A stretch of 64,000 nucleotides of DNA, from contig JBFMCL010000001.1 in assembly GCA_040754395.1 (NCBI GenBank), forward strand, positions 39,634 to 103,633, in the 5' to 3' direction. This stretch comes from Nitrospirota bacterium. Lineage in GTDB: Bacteria; Nitrospirota; Thermodesulfovibrionia; Thermodesulfovibrionales; SM23-35. Below, in pieces: positions 54,894-64,000 of the stretch; position 1 is the stretch's first letter; each line of letters begins with the position of its first letter. The notes below the pieces were generated by a model that saw only the letters and a program-made list of their open reading frames with translations, had not been told where the DNA came from and searched no databases. A program made the position numbers and the translations under genes.

Positions 54894-56147
54894 CTATTTC
54901 AAGCTCCGGATGCTCTTCATCGCAGCACCGGTCGCATCCTGGACTGACCTTGCAACATCAGCAGGGCTCTTTATGGTTCCCACCGCATATATCCCTTTCT
55001 TCAGGGCGCTGTCATCGACAAGCCCGTCGACCGTATGGGAAATATTCATCCCAACCTTCGAGCTTTTTGTCGTGGCTTCCATGCCCGTCGCAAGGACAAC
55101 CATATCAAAGGTCTCCCTGATCTTTCCGCCGCCGTATATGTCTTCGACAACGACGGTAACATCCTTCGACCTTGCTTCTTCAGTAATACTCGCCACCTTG
55201 CCTTTCACAAACGTGACATTCGGATCATCCTTTATTTTCCAGTAGAATCGCTGCTCATAAAGGCCGGGGGTTCTTATGTCCATATAGAATATTTTCACTT
55301 TTGCATCAGGATACTGTTCCCGGACATACATTGCATGTTTTATTGAAGCAAGGCAGCAGATGTACGAACAATAGGGAAGATGGTTTTCATCCCTTGATCC
55401 TGCACACTGGACAAAGGCGATGTTTTTTACTTCTTTTCCGTCAGAGGGACGGATAATCTTTCCCTGCGTGGGGCCGTCGATCGCGGCCAACCTTTCAAGC
55501 ATCATATTTGTTACCACATTCTGCACATTGCCTGCACCCAATATGTCCAATTTGCTCATGTCGTAGGGATTCCAGCCGGTAGCCAGCACAACCGCGCCGA
55601 CCTTCAGAGTGACTGTCTCGGGCTTCATGTCAAGATCGATCGCACTGTATGTACATGCCTCAAGACAGGGCTTCATGCAGTCCTTGGAACAGGCAGCTCC
55701 GTCAATGACATACTTGAACGGAAACGCCTGATCATGAGGCAAATACGCTGCCTTCGACTTGTTCATGCCAAAATTGAAGTCATTGCTCCTGGAAGCCGGG
55801 CACGCCTGCGCACAGGCGTCGCATCCCACGCATTTGTCGTTCACATAGCGTGGATGCAGCGTAACTGCCACCTCAAAATTGCCTTCCTCGCCCTTAATGT
55901 CTGCGACCTCCGCAAGCGTGTAGAACTTGATCCGCGGATTGTTTTTTATCCTCTTGAACTGAATCTCGAGGCCGCAGTTGGGGGGGCAGAGTTTCCAGAA
56001 ATATTTGTTGATCTGTGCTACCCTGCCACCAAGATATGGGTTTTTTTCTACGATATAAGCATCATGCCCCGCTTCCGCCACTTCTATGGCAGTAGTGAGA
56101 CCGCTCATACCTCCTCCAATTACAAGAACACTTTTATTGTCTGCCAT
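54894..56147 (-). CDS. qmoA: Quinone-interacting membrane-bound oxidoreductase subunit QmoA (HdrA-like)
   Basis: 417 aa with FAD-binding VIGGGMSGLTTA and Cys motifs CVGCDACAQACP. Position is between aprA and qmoB. Confidence 0.9.
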   Translation of the reverse strand: MADNKSVLVIGGGMSGLTTAIEVAEAGHDAYIVEKNPYLGGRVAQINKYFWKLCPPNCGLEIQFKRIKNNPRIKFYTLAEVADIKGEEGNFEVAVTLHPRYVNDKCVGCDACAQACPASRSNDFNFGMNKSKAAYLPHDQAFPFKYVIDGAACSKDCMKPCLEACTYSAIDLDMKPETVTLKVGAVVLATGWNPYDMSKLDILGAGNVQNVVTNMMLERLAAIDGPTQGKIIRPSDGKEVKNIAFVQCAGSRDENHLPYCSYICCLASIKHAMYVREQYPDAKVKIFYMDIRTPGLYEQRFYWKIKDDPNVTFVKGKVASITEEARSKDVTVVVEDIYGGGKIRETFDMVVLATGMEATTKSSKVGMNISHTVDGLVDDSALKKGIYAVGTIKSPADVARSVQDATGAAMKSIRSLK

Positions 56148-56235
56148 ATTAACCCTCCTTTAAGGCAGTAAGTCACAAAGAGATAGTTATGGCGCTCTAA
56201 CCATCACTTTTTAACCTACTGTTCAGACGGGCTGT

Positions 56236-56244
56236 ATTATATCA
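56236..56244 (-). promoter_or_regulatory. Candidate extended -10 promoter (TGATATAAT) for qmoABC
   Basis: The minus strand reads TGATATAAT, which fits TGnTATAAT. It lies downstream of the aprA terminator and about 90 nt upstream of the qmoA ATG. The nearby TTGACA is only 7 nt away, so it is not a usable -35. Confidence 0.4.
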
Positions 56245-56276
56245 TACTTGTCAAGAAAAATAGCATAGGGAAATTC

Positions 56277-56305
56277 AAAAAAAAGGGGAGGGCAAAGCCC
56301 TCCCC
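56277..56305 (-). terminator. Intrinsic terminator after aprA
   Basis: Minus strand reads GGGGAGGGC-TTT-GCCCTCCCC followed by TTTTTTTT. It starts 14 nt after the aprA stop. Confidence 0.88.
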
Positions 56306-56318
56306 TTCCCATACAAAA

Positions 56319-58322
56319 TTATGGAAACATCTGTACGTACGGTACTTTCTTGAACTCCCAGGTATTTGTCTCTGCATTGTATTTGGAGTTTGTGAAGCAC
56401 TTCCAGTTGGCGTCATCGATCTTGTTGAAGTCGCCTCTGTAGTAGTAGCCAGGATATCTTGACTCTTCTCTGAAGAGGATATGCCGTGCATGTGCCTCAA
56501 CAGACAGGATCCTGTGATAGTTCTCGAAGCATCTCAGGAGCTCATGGAGATTTGCTGCTGCCATCTTGTTGCAGTCCTCTTTGAGCATCTCGAGCTTCTC
56601 GAGGCCGGCTTCGAGCATGGTCTTTGAAGTCATATACCATGTCGCACAACCACCAAAGTACTCATCAGCGATCTTCATCAGCCTCAGCTGGAGCGCTTTC
56701 GGGCCGATGTAGTTGGGGTTGATATCCGGATCGGTGGTGTAGGTTTTGTATTTCTCATAGATCTCGAACGGCAGATAGAGCTCAGCCGCGATCTCGTCAA
56801 GGGACAGTTTCGGGTCCGGCTTGTAGTCTGCATGGTCGAGGATGTACGCGATTGCTGCCTTCGCTGCCATTCTGCCTTCTGCATGGGAGCCGGAGGAGAA
56901 TTTGTGTCCTGATGCACCGACAACGTCGCCTGCCATGAAAAGGCCGGGCACGGTTGACATCCTGTTATAGCCCCAGGTGTAGTGCTCGGGTGTTCCCGGA
57001 AGGTCGCCAGGTCCGCTGACCCAGAAGCCTGCGCAGCCGGCATGTGAACCGAGGAGATACGGCTCGGTCGGCATGATCTCGGAGGGAACCTTGTCAGGTT
57101 CGACATTGTTTGCCGCCCAGAGGGATGCCTGGCCGATCGCCATGTCGAGGAAGTCTTCCCATGCTTCTGCCTCAAGGTGTTTCAGCTTCTTTGCGCCGAC
57201 TTTTTCTCCGAGCTGGCCAATAATTCTCTCGGAGAACTCTTTCATTGCGGTATGGGTATTCATGAGGATCGGGCCTTTGCCGTCCTTCATGGCCCTCATC
57301 ATCAGATGGTTTCTGATGGCGGTACCGAGGTTCTTTGCATAGTCGCCATATCTTGCGACTGCATCGTCGAAATACTCTTTATTGGTGCAATAATCCTCAC
57401 CGTAGCTGTCGGTTGCTTTTGCCTTGAAGAAGAGGAACCATGCGCCGACAGGTCCGTATCCGTCCTTGAACCTTGCAGGGACGAACCTGTTTTCCATCAG
57501 GGACATCTCTGCACCTGCCTGCATGCCGAACGCATATCCTGAACCGGAGCAGAACACCGGGTACCAGGTTCTTCCCATACCTTCACCAACCGACCTCGGC
57601 CTGAAGCAGTTGACCGCACCGGCAGTTGCGCAAAGCATCGCCTTTGCCTTGAAGGAATAGATCTTGTTTTCCCTTACACTGAATCCGACTGCTGCCGCAA
57701 CATTCTTGCCGTTTTTATCCATAACGGCCTTCACAATGAAGACCCTTTCAAAATGGTTCTCTGCAACACCGGTAGCAGCCCTGTTGGACTCAAGCGCCTT
57801 CTTTGCAGCTTCAGCAACGACAACCTTGTAGGATTCGCCGTTGATCATGATCTGCCATTTGCCGGAACGGCAGGGTGTTCCGCCGTCTTTCAGCATCGCG
57901 TGGCCTTTTTCCGCTGCCTCGTGGCCATCCATCGAGAATCCGTCCTCGCCCTTCTTCCAGATCGGGAGGCCCCACTCTTCGAAAAGGTGGACTGAATCAT
58001 CAACGTGCCTGCCGAGGTCATATACGAGGTCTTCCCTGATGATGCCCATGAGGTCGTTTCTTACGTATTTTACGTAGTCAGCAACCTTATTCTCGCCGAC
58101 GTAGGTGTTGATGGCTGAAAGACCCATTGCGACCGCGCCGCTTCTGTCTGTTGCAGCCTTATCGACCAGAACGACGTTCAGTTTCTTTGCGTTTGCCCAG
58201 CGGCATGCCTCAAACGCCGCGCCGCATCCTGCCATACCACCGCCCAAAATGAGCAGATCGCATTCTACTTCAGTAACTTCCGGCTTCTGACAATATGAAA
58301 ATGTACAGGTTTCTTTTTCCAT
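56319..58322 (-). CDS. aprA: Adenylylsulfate (APS) reductase alpha subunit
   Basis: 667 aa flavoprotein with an ILGGGMAGCGAA FAD motif. Fumarate-reductase-superfamily layout. Flanked by aprB, sat and qmoABC. Confidence 0.93.
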   Translation of the reverse strand: MEKETCTFSYCQKPEVTEVECDLLILGGGMAGCGAAFEACRWANAKKLNVVLVDKAATDRSGAVAMGLSAINTYVGENKVADYVKYVRNDLMGIIREDLVYDLGRHVDDSVHLFEEWGLPIWKKGEDGFSMDGHEAAEKGHAMLKDGGTPCRSGKWQIMINGESYKVVVAEAAKKALESNRAATGVAENHFERVFIVKAVMDKNGKNVAAAVGFSVRENKIYSFKAKAMLCATAGAVNCFRPRSVGEGMGRTWYPVFCSGSGYAFGMQAGAEMSLMENRFVPARFKDGYGPVGAWFLFFKAKATDSYGEDYCTNKEYFDDAVARYGDYAKNLGTAIRNHLMMRAMKDGKGPILMNTHTAMKEFSERIIGQLGEKVGAKKLKHLEAEAWEDFLDMAIGQASLWAANNVEPDKVPSEIMPTEPYLLGSHAGCAGFWVSGPGDLPGTPEHYTWGYNRMSTVPGLFMAGDVVGASGHKFSSGSHAEGRMAAKAAIAYILDHADYKPDPKLSLDEIAAELYLPFEIYEKYKTYTTDPDINPNYIGPKALQLRLMKIADEYFGGCATWYMTSKTMLEAGLEKLEMLKEDCNKMAAANLHELLRCFENYHRILSVEAHARHILFREESRYPGYYYRGDFNKIDDANWKCFTNSKYNAETNTWEFKKVPYVQMFP

Positions 58323-58342
58323 TTATATATTCACCTCCTTAA

Positions 58343-58762
58343 TTATTCAGTTCTTGCAGGCTTGGTAAATAAGCCAGGCTGCTTAATGGTTGCGAAATCA
58401 GGCTCGGGTTTTCCGGCATACGGATCGACTGAACCTTCAACCGTGGTTCTGATCGGGAACTTGAATCTCTTGGTAAGCCCGCTTCTGAATTTGATCGTCC
58501 ACATAATGGAATCGGTGCCTCTCATCGGAACGGTCTGGGATCCGAGGGGAACAAAGTCTGAGTAACCTCTCACTTCCACGGCCTGCTGAGGGCAGATTTT
58601 TACGCAGTTGAAGCACTCCCAGCACTGCTCAGGCTCCTGATTGAAAGCCTTCATCTTGTCCCTATCAAGGATCATGAGATCGTGAGGACAGATGTACTGG
58701 CAAGCGGTCTTATCCCCTGCCTTACAACCATCACACTTTTCAGTAATTACAAAACTTGGCAT
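58343..58762 (-). CDS. aprB: Adenylylsulfate (APS) reductase beta subunit
   Basis: 139 aa from the ATG at 58762 (AAAGGAGGTG SD): MPSFVITEKCDGCKAGDKTACQYICP... plus CWECFNCVKICP and the AprB-type C-terminal tail. The ORF-track start at 58801 adds 13 unlikely residues. Confidence 0.92.
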   Translation of the reverse strand: MPSFVITEKCDGCKAGDKTACQYICPHDLMILDRDKMKAFNQEPEQCWECFNCVKICPQQAVEVRGYSDFVPLGSQTVPMRGTDSIMWTIKFRSGLTKRFKFPIRTTVEGSVDPYAGKPEPDFATIKQPGLFTKPARTE

Positions 58763-58927
58763 ATAACAACACCTCCTTTTGGGTAATATGTTTAAAAACA
58801 CAACCTATAGACATCATTTACCGCTCTCATGCTGCAAAACCTCGTGTTCCACCTCCTTTCCTTATGACAATATAATGAGCAGGAGGCTGATAAAGCTTGG
58901 CCTTATCACACCTCCGGCTGGTTCACA

Positions 58928-60148
58928 TTATTTCTTTTCGCCTTCCGCATATTTGTGCAGTTTGATCTCTACCTTCTCGGTCAGGCCCTGATAGTACTCC
59001 TGAAGAATGGCGGCGACTTCCGGACGGCTGAACTGCGATGATACCGACTGGCCCTCGGAGAGCATCTTTCTGAGCATTGTACCGCTGAGGAGCACCCTGT
59101 CGTCTTTGCCGTGCGGGCATGTCTTCATTGATGCCATACCGTCGCACTTCTTGCAGTAGAATGTCCAGTCGATCTTCAGAGGCTTGGTCTCGAGAGAACC
59201 GGCAGGAATCTGATCAAAAATCTTCTGTGCATCAAACGGGCCGTAATATTCGCCCACACCCGCATGGTCACGACCCACGATCAGGTGGCTGCAGCCATAG
59301 TTCTGCCTGAACGTTGCGTGAAGAAGCGCTTCACGGGGGCCTGCATATCTCATATCAAGCGGATAGCCGGCCTGAATGCAGGTATTCGGGACAAAATAAA
59401 GCTCGACAAGTTTATCAATCGCTTTAACCCTGACATCTGCAGGGATATCACCCGGCTTGAGTTTCCCAAGGAGCTGATGGATGAGCACACCGTCACAGAT
59501 CTCAATTGCAATTTTGGCAAGGAATTCATGGGAACGGTGCATGGGGTTTCTGAGCTGGAGGGCTGCTACAGTGCTCCACCCTTTTTCATCAAACATCTTC
59601 CTGGTCTGGGCAGGGGTTAAGAAGAGTCCGGGATATTGAGCCGGGAAACCTCCCTGGCTAAGGACTTTAACGGTACCCGCCAGGTTAACATCTGCCTGTT
59701 CCATAACCATCTTGACACCCGGGTGTTCCATATCAGTTGTGGTGTAGATATTCTTGCACTCAAAATTCTTGTCGATAGCATATTTCTCGGTCACCTTCAT
59801 CGTAGCCATGAACTTCTCAAACTCATCGGACCAGAGCGCGATTTCGTCACCGGCTTTAATCCCGTCAGCGTCTGCCTTGGATGCCGATAATGTAATCGGG
59901 ATCGGCCAGAAAGTACCGTCCGCCATTTTGAAGTCCGAGCAAACGCTTTTCCAGTCTGCCTCGCTCATAAAGCCCAAGAGCGGAGTGAAACCACCAAGGC
60001 CCATCATAATGAGGTCACCCGCCTCGCGGGATGTAATGCTGATCTTCTTCAGTCCCTCGGCCTTTTTCTTCTCTGCGTCCAGTTCCGCCCCTTCGAGTAA
60101 AAGGGGTTTCAGTTTTTTCTCTTTTCCATGCGGATTAACTAATGCCAT
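58928..60148 (-). CDS. sat: Sulfate adenylyltransferase (ATP sulfurylase)
   Basis: 406 aa with [12 protein letters not shown] and VGRDHAGVG motifs. Confidence 0.95.
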   Translation of the reverse strand: MALVNPHGKEKKLKPLLLEGAELDAEKKKAEGLKKISITSREAGDLIMMGLGGFTPLLGFMSEADWKSVCSDFKMADGTFWPIPITLSASKADADGIKAGDEIALWSDEFEKFMATMKVTEKYAIDKNFECKNIYTTTDMEHPGVKMVMEQADVNLAGTVKVLSQGGFPAQYPGLFLTPAQTRKMFDEKGWSTVAALQLRNPMHRSHEFLAKIAIEICDGVLIHQLLGKLKPGDIPADVRVKAIDKLVELYFVPNTCIQAGYPLDMRYAGPREALLHATFRQNYGCSHLIVGRDHAGVGEYYGPFDAQKIFDQIPAGSLETKPLKIDWTFYCKKCDGMASMKTCPHGKDDRVLLSGTMLRKMLSEGQSVSSQFSRPEVAAILQEYYQGLTEKVEIKLHKYAEGEKK

Positions 60149-60197
60149 TTCATATCCTCCTTGATTTATTCTTTCAAGACAAAGCTTGAAATTTCTG

Positions 60198-60842
60198 TTA
60201 TAGACCTAACGTCTCGGTAACTTTCTTGAATATGTCATCGATACTACCGGTTCCGCTGACCGATTTCAGAATGCCTTTATTTTTGTAATACCCGATGAGC
60301 GGTTCCGTCTGCGCACTGTATACTTCAAGCCTTTTCTTGATCGTTGCTTCCTTATCGTCATCCCTCTGGAACAGTTCACCGCTGCACTTGTCGCAGACTC
60401 CTTCCTTTGCAGGAGCCTTGAAATATACATTGTACATCTGGCCACATGACTTGCATGTCCGTCTGCCGGTCAGCCTTTTCATAAGATCGTCAAAAGGCAC
60501 ATCGACGCTGAGCGCGGCGGTCAATGACATGTTCAGTGACGCAAGCATTTTATCAAGTGCCTCTGCCTGCGCGGTATTTCTCGGAAACCCGTCAAGGATA
60601 TATCCTTTTTTGCAGTCATCCTGCTTCAGCCTCTCTTCAACCATGCCGAGAACGACGCTGTCGGGCACAAGCTCTCCTTTATCCATATATGATTTTGCCT
60701 CTTTGCCAAGGGGAGTTCCCGCAGCAACTGCGGCCCGTAAAAGATCTCCCGTGGAAATCTGCGGCATGCCATATTTTTCGATCAGTTTCTTCGCCTGAGT
60801 TCCTTTGCCAGCTCCCGGTGCACCAAGCAATACGATTCTCAT
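60198..60842 (-). CDS. adk: Adenylate kinase (zinc-lid type)
   Basis: 214 aa with [11 protein letters not shown]-loop and lid Cys pairs CKSCG...CDKCSG. Confidence 0.95.
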   Translation of the reverse strand: MRIVLLGAPGAGKGTQAKKLIEKYGMPQISTGDLLRAAVAAGTPLGKEAKSYMDKGELVPDSVVLGMVEERLKQDDCKKGYILDGFPRNTAQAEALDKMLASLNMSLTAALSVDVPFDDLMKRLTGRRTCKSCGQMYNVYFKAPAKEGVCDKCSGELFQRDDDKEATIKKRLEVYSAQTEPLIGYYKNKGILKSVSGTGSIDDIFKKVTETLGL

Positions 60843-60995
60843 AATTCTACCCCCATGTTTTTGAATGACTTTTTACAAAAACGGCTAAATTAGCTTAACT
60901 GATTGAAAACAATACAAAATTATAAAGAAATATGAGCTTTGTACAAAATAAAAAATGCGTGGCAGAGCGTATAATACACAAAAAATAGACATATA

Positions 60996-61024
60996 ACTAT
61001 ATTCTGCAGCATGTTTTAAGTCAA
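60996..61024 (-). promoter_or_regulatory. Candidate sigma70 promoter for adk-sat-aprBA
   Basis: On the minus strand: TTGACT (61024-61019), a 17-nt spacer, then TATAGT (61001-60996). It sits within a 256-nt AT-rich intergenic tract and would give a leader of about 150 nt. Confidence 0.4.
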
Positions 61025-61098
61025 ATTCATATTTCTGATAGAAAGATAAGAATTACTTATCGTTCAAATTATAAATACAAGATAAAATAAAATTAGAA

Positions 61099-61692
61099 CT
61101 ATTTCATTTTAAGCATATGGTTAATATGCTGACTAAGCTTTTCGAGCGCCATTCCCCTGTGGCTGAGAGAGTCTTTTTCACGGCCACTCATTTCGGCAAA
61201 AGTTATTGTGTACCCTGCGGGATAAAATACAGGATCATATCCGAATCCATTGCTCCCTCTCGGCTCTGTCCCTATGGTACCTTCAGCGTATCCATTAAAA
61301 ATTCTTATAGCACCACCTGGATATGCAAGGGCCATACAGCAGACAAACCGCGCTTTTCTGTTGGTGAGGGATTGCATTTCCCTGAGCAGTGCTTCGACGT
61401 TCTTCCTGTCATCTGCCTCTTCGCCCGCATACCTGGCTGAAAGTACGCCGGGAGCTCCGTTCAGCGCTTCCACCTCAAGACCTGAATCATCCGCAAGTGA
61501 CGCTATTCCGGTAAATTGCGCTACCGTCACCGCCTTTTTTGTTGCATTTTCTTCAAATGTTGTCCCGTCTTCCTCCACTTCCGGGCATCCCGGGAAATCA
61601 TCAAGGGTAAGAACCCTGACCCCCAGGTTATGGGTAATTCGCACTATCTCATCGATCTTCTTCCTGTTTCTCGTTGCAAGCACTAATTCCAT
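61099..61692 (-). CDS. rdgB: dITP/XTP pyrophosphatase (RdgB/Ham1)
   Basis: 197 aa with LATRNRKKIDE, SARYAGE and FGYDPVF motifs. Confidence 0.92.
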   Translation of the reverse strand: MELVLATRNRKKIDEIVRITHNLGVRVLTLDDFPGCPEVEEDGTTFEENATKKAVTVAQFTGIASLADDSGLEVEALNGAPGVLSARYAGEEADDRKNVEALLREMQSLTNRKARFVCCMALAYPGGAIRIFNGYAEGTIGTEPRGSNGFGYDPVFYPAGYTITFAEMSGREKDSLSHRGMALEKLSQHINHMLKMK

Positions 61693-61820
61693 TCTTGTTC
61701 CTTAATTAAGAGTCCGGGTGAAGTGAAAAAATTTCCCTGCGGATGCGATTTTATACCATAAATATATTTGGCAACGCAACACGCCCGTAAAAACCCCGGT
61801 CTTGCACACAGCCGCAAAAT

Positions 61821-62834
61821 GTGGTAAAAAAGCATATGCATGAAATCCTGCGCGCAGAACATCAGCAGTTCAGCCACGAGGAACTCAGCGCACGTATCGC
61901 CAGGTGGGTAGGCGAAGACCGGGTTCCGAAACGTTTGAATATTATTACTGACACGACCGACTTTTACCGGGTCGATTACGACGACGTAGTAATCCTCGGG
62001 GGGAGACCCTATCTGATCCGCAACAATGAAAGGGAGGGCCGCTTCGGTATTGACGAACAGCAAAAATACTGGGTCAAGCGGGCACGGGATCTTTCGGACG
62101 GCAGTGTCAGGATCATCAAACTCGTGTTTCATGAACGGTTCAAGGCAAAGGTCGGTGAAATCGTCTTTGATTGCTACAGAAGCCCCAAAAAAGAGGCCCG
62201 GATCCTTGATCTCACCCGAGACCACCCCAGGTTCATGCACGGATTTTCGATACGCGATGCTTCAGACAATACCATACGGGTAATTGAATTTATCAGGGGC
62301 AGGACACTGGCCGACCATGTGCTCTCCCTGGGCAAAGACCATGAGGAGTATTTCCATACTCATTTGCCTCGCGTAATCGACGAATTCATCGACCTTGTGA
62401 AGGCGATACAGTTCATCCACAGCCACGGGGAAAAGCACGGAGATATCAGACGGGACCACATCCTTAAAGACGAAGCGTCAGGACTTGCGCGCTGGATTGA
62501 TTTCGACTTCAACTATCTCCACAAGGAAAACATGTTCGGCTACGACCTCTTCGGGCTGGGAAACATTCTCGCATATCTGGCAGGGCGCGGAGATGTAACT
62601 ATCCAGAATCTCAGGGAGCAGGCATCGCCTGCCTGTGCCCGTATTACGCGAAACGACATAAATATTATATTCAATAACAGGGTGGTGAATCTGCAGAAGG
62701 TGTATCCGTACATACCGGAAGCGCTTAACTTTGTACTCCTTCATTTTTCCGTGGGCGCAAACATCTATTATGATACTGCTGACCAGTTCCTGCACGACCT
62801 GCAGGAAGCACGGGAAAGTCTTCACCATACATGA
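61821..62834 (+). CDS. Atypical protein-kinase-like fold protein
   Basis: 337 aa with a catalytic-loop-like HGDIRRDHIL and a DFG-like WIDFDF. A candidate VAIK-type Lys is in RIIKLV. No obvious glycine-rich loop. Confidence 0.55.
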   Translation: MVKKHMHEILRAEHQQFSHEELSARIARWVGEDRVPKRLNIITDTTDFYRVDYDDVVILGGRPYLIRNNEREGRFGIDEQQKYWVKRARDLSDGSVRIIKLVFHERFKAKVGEIVFDCYRSPKKEARILDLTRDHPRFMHGFSIRDASDNTIRVIEFIRGRTLADHVLSLGKDHEEYFHTHLPRVIDEFIDLVKAIQFIHSHGEKHGDIRRDHILKDEASGLARWIDFDFNYLHKENMFGYDLFGLGNILAYLAGRGDVTIQNLREQASPACARITRNDINIIFNNRVVNLQKVYPYIPEALNFVLLHFSVGANIYYDTADQFLHDLQEARESLHHT

Positions 62835-62858
62835 TTGCACTATCTGGAGGGTAACTGC

Positions 62859-63326
62859 ATGAATACAGACGTAAAAAAGCACAGGAATATCCTTATCGCC
62901 GTCGATGCATCCGAGAACGCGAGACGCGCGGTTTCCTATGTGAAGGATCTCCTCGACGGGCTGCCGGGCTTTCATATTACCATCACGACCATCATTCCGC
63001 AGCCCCCGGAAGATTATTTCGTCTCTGAACGCGAAAAAACAGACTGGATCGAGAATCAGAATGACACCGCAACGCGCATTCTCGAAGAGTATCGTCAAAT
63101 CTTCATTCAGGCCGACTTCCGGGAAGAAGACGTCACGTCACATCTCGTAATGAGGGAATGCACGTCACTGGCAGAATGTATCCTCGATGAACGCAAAAAA
63201 CTTGCGTGCGGCACAGTCGTCATCGGTCGCCGGGGGATATCAAGGAAAGAGGAATTCATGTTCGGAAGCACGTCCAGTAAAATTCTCCATACCGCAAAGG
63301 ACTGTACGGTGTGGGTAATCGAATAG
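62859..63326 (+). CDS. Universal stress protein (UspA family)
   Basis: 155 aa from the ATG at 62859 (GGAGGG SD 7 nt upstream). It has ILIAVDASE and the ATP-binding motif VIGRRGIS...FGSTSSKIL. Confidence 0.85.
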   Translation: MNTDVKKHRNILIAVDASENARRAVSYVKDLLDGLPGFHITITTIIPQPPEDYFVSEREKTDWIENQNDTATRILEEYRQIFIQADFREEDVTSHLVMRECTSLAECILDERKKLACGTVVIGRRGISRKEEFMFGSTSSKILHTAKDCTVWVIE

Positions 63327-63435
63327 CCGATGGAAAGGTCCTGAGGTGAATTTTCTTTATTTCATTCCCTGTTTTTCTTTATGTTCATCGTGCGGACCCT
63401 TGAAAAATCCTTCAGATCTCTGTTAAGATTTTTGG

Positions 63436-64000
<565 letters not shown>

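Noticed and set aside
60162-60181. Inverted repeat TTTCAAG-N6-CTTGAAA between adk and sat, considered as a Rex operator.
   Set aside because: The half-sites do not match the Rex consensus (TTGTGAA...TTCACAA). There is no U-tract, so it is not a terminator either. It may still be an operator or RNA hairpin, but I cannot support a specific call.
61683-62240. 185-aa minus-strand ORF overlapping the kinase-like gene and the rdgB start.
   Set aside because: It has no motifs. It overlaps two better-supported genes and would have to read through the rdgB promoter region.

Overview
Gene-dense chromosomal segment, mid-40s to about 50% GC by eye (not computed), with strong GGAGG-type ribosome-binding sites. 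It comes from an anaerobe that carries the dissimilatory sulfate activation and reduction genes. The gene content looks like Nitrospirota/Thermodesulfovibrionia or Desulfobacterota, but lineage cannot be fixed without a database search. I saw no rRNA, tRNA, CRISPR array, transposase, integrase or phage genes.

Layout:
- 1-17.1 kb (minus strand) is housekeeping: rfaE2, rseP-dxr-cdsA-uppS, an FG-GAP secreted protein, nusB-ribH-ribBA-ribE, lepB, a ROK kinase, a ferredoxin, recN, acyP and livHMGF.
- 17.2-26 kb is signalling plus a few housekeeping genes. It holds a histidine kinase, a sigma54 activator and a textbook -24/-12 promoter driving a small secreted protein. It also holds a TPR-cNMP protein, dapL, folK, a GAF-GGDEF cyclase and an orphan hisH.
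- 26.3-40.5 kb is a tightly coupled, non-canonical chemosensory operon. The order is DUF4388/GAF, CheY, CheA, ExeA-like AAA+ ATPase, CheW with an acidic extension, a chimeric MCP, CheW, a large HEAT-repeat protein, CheR, CheB, a coiled-coil GAF protein and CheY. A REC/zinc-ribbon gene converges on its 3' end.
- 40.7-45.1 kb holds a SurA-like PPIase and a FIST / PAS-GGDEF-EAL operon.
- 45.1-45.9 kb is an unusually long AT-rich non-coding island.
- 45.9-60.8 kb (minus strand) runs adk-sat-aprBA-qmoABC-hppA, followed by YkgJ-like, truncated purH-like and nitroreductase genes.
- 61-64 kb holds rdgB, an atypical kinase-like protein, a USP, an RDD protein and the start of mreB.

The best candidate for an undescribed system is the chemosensory operon with its embedded ATPase, HEAT and GAF components and the CxxCH / PhnD-like chimeric receptor. 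This rests on domain recognition and gene order only and needs comparative and experimental tests.

Secondary curiosities:
- a 122-nt three-way-junction hairpin element at 508-629
- the sigma54 module
- the AT-rich island
- long G/C homopolymers inside cheR and qmoC
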